Shown piece by piece: positions 1 to 6,834 of a stretch of DNA of 11,879 nt. Where the stretch lies: NCBI GenBank assembly GCA_965242925.1, contig CBDEUM010000021.1:1-11879 (forward strand), read 5' to 3'. The position numbers and the translations under genes are program-made. The notes below the pieces were generated by a model, which was not told where the DNA came from, did no database searches, and saw only the letters and a program-made list of their open reading frames with translations. The number at the start of each line of letters is the position of its first letter. Within the stretch, counting starts at the first letter, position 1. This stretch comes from Roseibacillus sp. (GTDB taxonomy: Bacteria > Verrucomicrobiota > Verrucomicrobiia > Verrucomicrobiales > Akkermansiaceae).

Positions 1-1
1 A

Positions 2-484
2 TACGGACTGCGTCAGCCGTGGCGCTTCAGCTTCGATCCCGCCAACGGGGATCTCTGGGTTGGTGACGTGGGGCAGAACCGGTTTGAGGAAGTGTGCATC
101 GTGCGGTCCGGTGAGAATCACGGCTGGAACATCCACGAGGGCTTCGCGTTATTCTCGACGCAGTATCGGACCGAAACTGCAAAGTACATTCCCCCGGTGG
201 TTTCGTTCCGCCGGAAGCACGGGGTCTCGGTTACCGGAGGCTACGTCATGCGCACCGACCCGGAGTCGAGCTTCCACGGGGTCTACATCTGTGCGGACTA
301 CCAGAGCAAGAAGGTCTGGGGGATCACCCAGAGCGGACGCAGGCTGAAGAAGATCCGGCAGGTCGGGACCGCTCCCGATCGCATTGTATCCTTTGGGCGA
401 GACCGTGTAGGAGGCCTCTACGCCATCGGGTATGACAAGGGAATCGTCTACCGGGTCAACTTGGACGAGGCGAAGTTCGAGTAG
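2..484 (+). CDS. Glucose/sorbosone dehydrogenase (GSDH, PQQ-dependent sugar dehydrogenase family) beta-propeller protein, 5'-truncated by the window edge
   Basis: The frame is open from position 2: YGLRQPWRFSFDPANGDLWVGDVGQNRFEEV...GENHGW...SVTGGYV...YICADY...IVSFGRDRVGGLY, ending at TAG 482-484. GLRxPWRFSFD, GDVGQxxxEE, NxGW and SVTGGYV are GSDH-family hallmarks. The track start at 68 is an internal GTG. Confidence 0.9.
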   Translation, partial: YGLRQPWRFSFDPANGDLWVGDVGQNRFEEVCIVRSGENHGWNIHEGFALFSTQYRTETAKYIPPVVSFRRKHGVSVTGGYVMRTDPESSFHGVYICADYQSKKVWGITQSGRRLKKIRQVGTAPDRIVSFGRDRVGGLYAIGYDKGIVYRVNLDEAKFE

Positions 485-609
485 GGCAGGGTTCGACCCA
501 GGTAGTTCCTGGCACTGTTCTGAACGATACGCAATCTGCGCCCATTGTAAGGTTCTCATCCCGATAAGGAACCAACTCGGAGTTAGACATCCCGTGGATA
601 TGCCGGTAT

Positions 610-613
610 GGAG
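610..613 (+). promoter_or_regulatory. Putative Shine-Dalgarno (GGAG) for the GTG start at 619
   Basis: GGAG lies 5 nt upstream of GTG 619, which opens a clear signal peptide. Confidence 0.4.
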
Positions 614-618
614 AACAG

Positions 619-1600
619 GTGAGGCGTAGTGTTCTTCTGCTGGCGCTGTCATGGGCTCTGTCTTTCAGTCTTCATGCTGAGGAGGGCTCTCCGGCCCCTG
701 TCCTCGATATTTCCACGATCGGGTCCAAGGTGAGGATTTCGTTGGGGAGGAGATTCCCGCTGGGTCCTCCAGAAGGCGGAATCCCGGACCTTCCAGCAGC
801 TGGGAGATCTGGCCTTTCATGATGTGGACCAGGCAAAGGTGCGTTTCTTTGATAACAGGCATTATTTCTCCGAGCCTCTTGCCGGGGAAGCGTTCTACCG
901 CCTCGTAAGATATGGGAGAATCCTGCCCGAATCCCGCGAGGCCAACATCCTGGTCCTGCATGGCAAGGGAATGTATGCCGGATGGATGGAGCGCACGCCC
1001 ATCTGTGAGGACCTGGAAAACGTGCTGGGCGACCGGGCGCGTTTTTTTTACGCGCAGGCTCCTCACAACAACATTTTACTCAATGTCATCGGCACAGAAT
1101 GGTGGAACTGTCTTTCCGCCAGTTATGACGACCTGGAGGAATCGGTCGACTACGTGATCGAATATGCCAATAACAGCATTCCCGGGGATGTGGACCTGGT
1201 GATCGGGTATTCGCAGGGAGGATCCCTCGCCTCCTACCTTTTCAATCTCCTTGATTCGGGGCGCGACCTCGGGAGCCTGGCGAAGGTCAGGAATGCGATC
1301 TTCATCAACAGTGCAGCAATGGGAGATATCACGCCGCAATATGACCGGGTGGGACTGGAGAACAGCCCGGATGACTACAGCGCATCGAATATCAACACGT
1401 TGCACCTGATTGCTGACAGCGATGCCATCGTGCAACCGAGGTGGTCGCTGAGTCTGGTGGAGGCCTACCAGAAATCGACCACCATTACCTACGAGGGAGA
1501 TCATTTCATGGCGTCCGGAGGTATCAGCCCGCTCTTGGTGGTCGATCTCTTCCCGGATGCCGTGAAACGGGCGGTGGAAGACTGGATCCGGGAGAACTAG
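619..1600 (+). CDS. Secreted serine hydrolase (alpha/beta hydrolase, FSH1/OVCA2-like) with a small N-terminal beta-domain; frameshifted at ~742 (assembly error or pseudogene)
   Basis: Track ORFs 619..822 and 824..1600 join when one T is removed at 742/743, giving 326 aa. Signal peptide MRRSVLLLALSWALSFSLHA. Catalytic features: ILVLHG, QAP...WW, nucleophile elbow GYSQGG (Ser 1211-1213), TLHLIADSDAIV (Asp 1421-1423), GDH (His 1502-1504). Stop TAG 1598-1600. Confidence 0.8.
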
Positions 1601-1632
1601 GATCCTCCGGGTGAGGAAGGGGGCCGAGCCTG

Positions 1633-3093
1633 CTACTTCTCCTCGTCGTTTTTCTGCCCTTCTTCCCGGAGTTGCTTTGCGAAGGGTGCCTTCGTTCTTG
1701 GAGCCTTAGCGGAATCCCGGTTTGGATCGGGGTTGCTTTCGCTCTTGAGCTCTTCACGCCACTGATCGGCGAAGGACATTTCCAATCCCGGTAGCTCGGG
1801 AAGCGTTTTCGGGGAGTTGATGGCAATGAGGACAAAGGCCATGACGCCAAGGTGGAAAATGCCGGAGGCGAGATAGACCGCTGGGACGGAGGAAAGAGTA
1901 GACTCCAACGGGCCTGCGACCTTGTTTCCGAGAAAGATAGAAAGGTTCAGCAGGGCCATGTAAGCGGTGAACTGGGAGGCGGCCACCCGGCGTTCCGAGA
2001 CATTCATGAAGAGGGTGAAGAGAGAGACGCTGAAGAGTCCCAGGAGGGTTGCCAGCACCCACATGTTGGTCCTGATGAGCCACTCTTTAGTCCAGAGGGC
2101 CTCCAGCTGGCTGAAGGTGATCCAGACGAAGGCAATCAGGCTGCCGGCAAGCACAACAGAGCGCTTGGCTCCGAGTTTGCTGGCAACGAATCCACCAATG
2201 AATGCTCCTCCGAGGGAGAACCAGGTCCCGAAGCTCTCAAGGTAGGTATAAGCTTTCTTGTCCCATCCCACCTCGGTAATGAAGTGTTTGGATGCGATAA
2301 TATTGAGGGCGGAATTCCCGACATGGGCTCCTATGGCGAGCAGGGCGGCGGTCAGGGCGACCCGACGGCTGAAGGCCTTCTTGATCTGAAGGAAGAGGAT
2401 CGCTGCCGAGCGGGCATGCTGCTCGTCTTCCTTGAGTTGGGAGGAACCCATAGTCCAGGGGAGGAGTTTTTCACCTGGTCGTTCCCGGATGAAGAGCGGA
2501 AGAAGCATGATGGCAAAGACGCAGCCGCTCAGGACGACGAGGGCGAGTTGCACACTCCCACCCTCCATGAAGAGGAAGTGGCCGATGAGCGTGCCACCGA
2601 GGAAGCTCCCGAGATAGGAGCAGCCGTACATGAAGCCATTGAGGATGCCGCGTTGCTTCTCCGGCACGAGGTCGACCGCGAGGCTGTCGGTGCAGACATC
2701 CTGGAGGGAGGTCCAGATATTGACGCTGAGGATGCCAAGACCAAGAAAGCGCAGGTTGGAATCAAGTCCCGGCACGGTCGCAAGGACCAGAAGGACGACC
2801 ACGGTCAGGGCCTGCGACAGGATGATCCAGGGGCGGCGTTTACCCATGGAGGCAATCCCGAAGCGGTCAACGATCGGTCCCCAGAGAAACTTGACGGTCC
2901 AGGGAAGACTGATCATGGCGATGACCCCTCCGATATCGGCGGTGGTGAAGCCTTGATCGGCAAGATGGTTTTTGAGAGCGTAGTGGATGAAGCCCTGGGG
3001 GAGTCCCTGCGAGACGTAGAGCGAGCAGAGGGTGACAATGCGCAGGAAGGCGCTGCTGCTCAAACTGGGCTGCAAGGGCTGGTTGGTGTGCAT
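1633..3093 (-). CDS. AmpG-like MFS transporter (peptide/acetyl-CoA transporter family), 486 aa
   Basis: Start is ATG 3093 (MHTNQP), 4 nt after the upstream stop. About 12 hydrophobic segments. Motifs LYVSQGLPQG, LPWTVKFLWGPIVDR, GKRRPWI, QDVCTDSLAVD and ASQFTAYMALLNL are characteristic of AmpG-family permeases. The track's 224-aa extension to 3765 overlaps the upstream gene in another frame. Confidence 0.88.
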   Translation of the reverse strand: MHTNQPLQPSLSSSAFLRIVTLCSLYVSQGLPQGFIHYALKNHLADQGFTTADIGGVIAMISLPWTVKFLWGPIVDRFGIASMGKRRPWIILSQALTVVVLLVLATVPGLDSNLRFLGLGILSVNIWTSLQDVCTDSLAVDLVPEKQRGILNGFMYGCSYLGSFLGGTLIGHFLFMEGGSVQLALVVLSGCVFAIMLLPLFIRERPGEKLLPWTMGSSQLKEDEQHARSAAILFLQIKKAFSRRVALTAALLAIGAHVGNSALNIIASKHFITEVGWDKKAYTYLESFGTWFSLGGAFIGGFVASKLGAKRSVVLAGSLIAFVWITFSQLEALWTKEWLIRTNMWVLATLLGLFSVSLFTLFMNVSERRVAASQFTAYMALLNLSIFLGNKVAGPLESTLSSVPAVYLASGIFHLGVMAFVLIAINSPKTLPELPGLEMSFADQWREELKSESNPDPNRDSAKAPRTKAPFAKQLREEGQKNDEEK

Positions 3094-3097
3094 CGGT

Positions 3098-4428
3098 TCA
3101 GGGAGCTTCCAGCAGCAGCATGTAACCCCGCCGGGTCCAGACAAGCAGGTCGGTCTTGCCATTGCCATCGAGATCGGGGCGCAGTGGGCCGGCGGACTCC
3201 ACTCCCATGGGCGTGGCCCCGGTGCCGGCGAGGGCGTAGAGACGCTTCCCGGATCCGGTCCAGACCTCGAAGCCGTTCTGTCCCCCGATTCCTCCACTGA
3301 GAAGGATTTCTGGGTTCCGGTCCCCGTTCCAGTCGCCCCAGGTGACCCAGCCAGCCGGAATGTCCTTGTGCCAGAGGTGGTTCTCTTCCGCGCTCCAGAG
3401 GACCAGTCCTCCCCGGATCTGGCGCTTGCCGACCGCGACGAGCTCGAGTCCGGGACGGGAGGGATCAAAGTCGCCGAGGGTGGCACGCTGCAGGTGGTCG
3501 ACCCCGGGGCGGCGGTAGTTCCACAGTTTCTCCGGTTTGCCGGTGCGTCCGTCGACGCAGGCGATCGGCCCCTTGAGGGCATCGCAGCCGTTGCGGTCGT
3601 AGACGATCTCCAGTTCCCCGTCCCCGTCAACGTCCCCACAGAGGATGAAGTCGGTGTGGTTACGGACGGTGTCGTCCGACCAGCGCAGGGTGCCGTCGCC
3701 ATTGAGAACGATGAACTTTCCGTTGAGGGAGATGTAGACCTCGTCGATGCCGTCCTGGTCGGCATCGTAGTGAGTCATCTCGTGGCCATAGAGATTCCGG
3801 TGCTGGATCCGGTAATCCCACTTCTTCTCGCCTTTTGCGTCATAGCAGCTGACCTCGGCCCCGACCCGGCAGACCACGGCCTTGTTCCTTCTGCGATCGA
3901 GGAAGTGCCCCACCACGGAGACCTGGTAGTTGTCGTGGGAGCGCGGGAGCTCGATCTTCCACCTGGCTTTTGCCAGTTGCGGGCATCAAGGCACCAGAGT
4001 TCGCGGCTGAGATTGAAGACGAGCTCGAAGGAGCCGTCGGCCTCGAGATCCACGATCGCGAGACCGCTTTCGCCCCCGAGGGGATCGCCAATCGGAACGC
4101 TCTCCCAGGCCCGGGATCCGTCCTGGTTGTAGCGAACAATGCGGCGGGTATCGTCCCGGGCGGCACAGAGGAAGAGCTCCATGGTGCCGTCACCATTCAC
4201 GTCCCGGGCATTGGCGAGCCAGCCGTTGAGCTGGGCACCGTGCTGATACCAGGCAAGCTTGATCCCGGGGATGGCAGTCAGGTCGCGGGGAGAGCGGACC
4301 TGTTCGAAATCGATATGGTAGACCGTTCCGTCCTGGTCCTTTGTGGTCGTGAAAACGGGCTTGGCTCCGGTTGCAGGGGCCCACGAGCAACCAAGGAGGA
4401 TGGTGGCAGCCAGTGGCAGGTTCCGCAT
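3098..4428 (-). CDS. Exported FG-GAP/VCBS-repeat beta-propeller protein with PL11 (rhamnogalacturonan lyase)-like motifs; frameshifted at ~3968-3983
   Basis: Track ORFs 3775..4443 (N-half) and 3098..3916 (C-half) join into about 442 aa from ATG 4428; alternative starts are 4437 and 4443. Signal peptide MRNLPLAATILLGCSWAPATGA. Ca-binding-type repeats: DVNGDGTMEL, DLEADGSFEL, DADQDGIDEV, DVDGDGELEI, DFDPSRPGLEL, DWNGDRNPEI, DLDGNGKTDL. Confidence 0.8.
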
Positions 4429-4566
4429 GAGGAGCATACCCACGATTAGGGAGGCAAAAAGGCCCCGGCAATCTCAATCGGATCCTTCCGGCTTTCCTCC
4501 CGGCCATGATCGGATGATGATCTCCTCATTGCCATCGCGCGGTGGTCCTGAATTAATTCCGAGTCG

Positions 4567-6834
4567 ATGAGCCTGAAGCCCTTCCTCGTCCTGCTCCTTG
4601 GCGGTTTGCCGACCGTTCAGGCCGAGGTGAGCTATAACAGGGAGGTCCTGCCCCTCCTGGCCAGCAAATGCCTCGCCTGTCATGGAACGGATGCAGCCAA
4701 GCGGAAGGCCAAGTTGCGCCTCGATGAAAAGAAGGTGGCTTATGCAGAGCGCGATGGGATCAGGGTCGTAGTTCCCGGCAAGCCTGGTGACAGCGAACTG
4801 GTCCGGCGGATCTTCTCGAAAGACGAGGAGGAAGTGATGCCGCCCCCCGGCGAGGGCAAGGCTCTCACCGAGAGCGAGAAGGAACTGCTCAAGCAGTGGA
4901 TCAGGGAGGGGGCCAGGTATGAACGGCACTGGGCTTTCAAGACCCCGGTGAAGAGTGAGGTGCCGGACCCGGGTGGCTGGGGGGCAAATGCCATCGATTC
5001 CTTTGTTCATCGGGAGTTTTCCAAGGCCGGTTTCGAACCGCAGCCGGAAGCGACGAAGGAGGAACTCATCCGGCGGGTCTCAATCGATCTCACCGGATTG
5101 CCCCCTGCCATCGAAGCGGTGGAGAGCTTTCTCTCAGACAAATCGGAGGAGGCCTACGGAAAGGTCGTGGATCGCCTGCTGGCTTCCCCCCGCTACGGGG
5201 AGCGCATGGCGGCGTGGTGGTTGGATGGGGCGCGCTACGGGGACAGCCATGGGTATGACAATGACCTCGAGAATGCCCAGTGGCCGTGGCGGAACTGGGT
5301 CATCGAATCGTTCAACACCAACCAGCCCTACGATCAGTTTGTGACCTGGCAACTGGCGGGTGATCTGCTGCCGGATGCGAGTGATGACCAGATCGTGGCC
5401 ACCGGCTTCAACCGGAATCACCGGATCCAGACCGAGGGTGGGGCCATCGAGGAGGAGTGGCGGACGGAGTATGTCATGGACCGGGTGGAGACGATGGGAT
5501 CGGTCTTTCTCGGACTCACGCTGAGTTGCGCGCGCTGTCACGATCACAAGTATGATCCCATCAGCCAGAAGGAGTTCTACCAGCTCTTCGCGATGTTCGA
5601 TGGGCTGGATGAGAAGGGTTTTATCAATAACCTGCGGGGCAGTGCCGAGCCTCGTCACCGTTACCGGAAGGGCGAATTTGAAGCAGCGGTGAAGAAGCTT
5701 GAAGGGGAGATCCCGGATGCGAAGGCACGGGGGGGGCGGATCAAGGAGTTGGAGGCGGCCTACCCGCATGTCATGGTCATGCGGGATGAAGTGGATCGGA
5801 AGGCCTTTGTGCTCAAGCGGGGGCAGTACGATTCCAAGGGCGAGGAGGTCTCGACCGGACTTCCCCAGGCATTCTCCCCGACCCCGGAAGGAGAGGGCCT
5901 GACTCGTCTCCACCTGGCCCAGTGGATGGTGGATGGGAACCACCCCCTGACCTCCCGCGTTTTCGTGAACCGGATCTGGGAACAGTTCTTCGGAACGGGG
6001 ATCGTCAAGAGTTCGGAGAACCTGGGCCGGCAGAGCGACTGGCCCAGCCACCCGGAGCTCCTCGACTGGCTGGCGGTGGATTTCGTGGAATCGGGCTGGG
6101 ACGTGAAGAGGCTCATCAGGTTGATGGTGATGAGCAGGACCTACCGGCAGAGTGCCGTCGTGGAGGAGGAAAAACTGAAATGGGATCCGGAGAATCGGCT
6201 GCTCAGCCGGGGACCACGAACCCGTCTTCAGGCTGAAATGCTGCGTGACCAGGCCCTCTTCGTCTCGGGATTGCTGGTGGAGCGGCTGGGTGGTCCGAGC
6301 TGGTGGGTCTATCAGCCGGCGGGGCTCTGGCTGGAGGTGGAGAAACGGGGAACCTTCGTGCAGGATCACGGGGAGAAACTGTATCGGCGCAGTCTCTACT
6401 CCCGGATCCGCCGGACCGTGGCGCCGCCGAGCATGCTCCTTTTCGACATGCCGAGCCGGGAAATGTGCACCGTGAAACGGACCCTGACCAATACTCCCCT
6501 GCAGGCCCTGGCCCTGATGAATGAGGTCACCTATGTGGAGGCGGCCAAGAAATTCGCAGAGCGGATGATGACAAAAGGAGGGACGCCGGCAGAGCGGATC
6601 GCATGGGGATTCCGTTGTGCGACTTCCCGGGTGGCTGATGAAGAAGAGCTTGAGATCCTGGTCAAGGGCTATGAGCGCCGGGTGGAGCACTACCGGAAGA
6701 ACGGCAAGGCTGCTGAGGCTCTGCTGGGCCAGGGAGAATCAAAGGTAGCGGGCTACCTGCCCAAGCCGGAGATGGCGGCCCTCGCCACGGTCGCGAATGT
6801 CATTCTGAACCTCGATGAAGTGATCAACCGATGA
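4567..6834 (+). CDS. Planctomycete cytochrome c (PSCyt1) + DUF1549 (PSCyt2) + DUF1553 (PSD1) domain protein, 755 aa
   Basis: Sec signal (TVQA|EVSYNREV). CLACH at 4669-4683, with LRLD, VVPGKPGDSEL and MPP. HWAF, LIRRVSIDLTGLPP, YGERMAAWWLDGARYGDSHG, CARCHDHKYDP (5527-5541). DUF1553 motifs HPLTSRVFVNRIW, PSHPELLDWLA, YRRSLY, TNTPLQALALMN, ILNLDEVI. Confidence 0.96.
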   Translation: MSLKPFLVLLLGGLPTVQAEVSYNREVLPLLASKCLACHGTDAAKRKAKLRLDEKKVAYAERDGIRVVVPGKPGDSELVRRIFSKDEEEVMPPPGEGKALTESEKELLKQWIREGARYERHWAFKTPVKSEVPDPGGWGANAIDSFVHREFSKAGFEPQPEATKEELIRRVSIDLTGLPPAIEAVESFLSDKSEEAYGKVVDRLLASPRYGERMAAWWLDGARYGDSHGYDNDLENAQWPWRNWVIESFNTNQPYDQFVTWQLAGDLLPDASDDQIVATGFNRNHRIQTEGGAIEEEWRTEYVMDRVETMGSVFLGLTLSCARCHDHKYDPISQKEFYQLFAMFDGLDEKGFINNLRGSAEPRHRYRKGEFEAAVKKLEGEIPDAKARGGRIKELEAAYPHVMVMRDEVDRKAFVLKRGQYDSKGEEVSTGLPQAFSPTPEGEGLTRLHLAQWMVDGNHPLTSRVFVNRIWEQFFGTGIVKSSENLGRQSDWPSHPELLDWLAVDFVESGWDVKRLIRLMVMSRTYRQSAVVEEEKLKWDPENRLLSRGPRTRLQAEMLRDQALFVSGLLVERLGGPSWWVYQPAGLWLEVEKRGTFVQDHGEKLYRRSLYSRIRRTVAPPSMLLFDMPSREMCTVKRTLTNTPLQALALMNEVTYVEAAKKFAERMMTKGGTPAERIAWGFRCATSRVADEEELEILVKGYERRVEHYRKNGKAAEALLGQGESKVAGYLPKPEMAALATVANVILNLDEVINR

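Noticed and set aside
487..500. GGGTTCGACCC resembling a tRNA T-loop or att site
   Set aside because: No 5-bp T-stem or cloverleaf, and no integrase nearby.
510..524. TGGCAC as a possible sigma-54 -24 box
   Set aside because: The -12 position reads TGAA rather than TTGC.
1042..1049. T8 tract (and G8 at 5729-5736) as phase-variation sites
   Set aside because: Both are short, lie in intact reading frames, and show no evidence of slippage.
3094..3765. 224-aa N-terminal extension of the MFS ORF in the track
   Set aside because: Ser/Thr/Pro/Gly-rich off-frame read of the propeller gene; transporter motifs begin only after ATG 3093.
4387..4428. LLGC as a lipobox in the propeller signal peptide
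   Set aside because: Imperfect lipobox, with an equally plausible SPase I site (ATGA|KP); cannot be resolved without SignalP.
1852..4449. Long plus-strand ORFs 1852..3300, 3032..4132 and 3970..4449
   Set aside because: Antisense shadows of the MFS and propeller genes, expected with GC-rich codon bias; no recognisable motifs.
4529..4559. TTGCCA-17 nt-ATTAAT promoter-like spacing and GAATTAATTC palindrome in the divergent spacer
   Set aside because: The -10 lacks the conserved first TA and the palindrome is short; promoters probably lie in this spacer but cannot be placed.
5134..6690. 518-aa minus-strand ORF
   Set aside because: Antisense shadow of the well-supported PSD1 gene.
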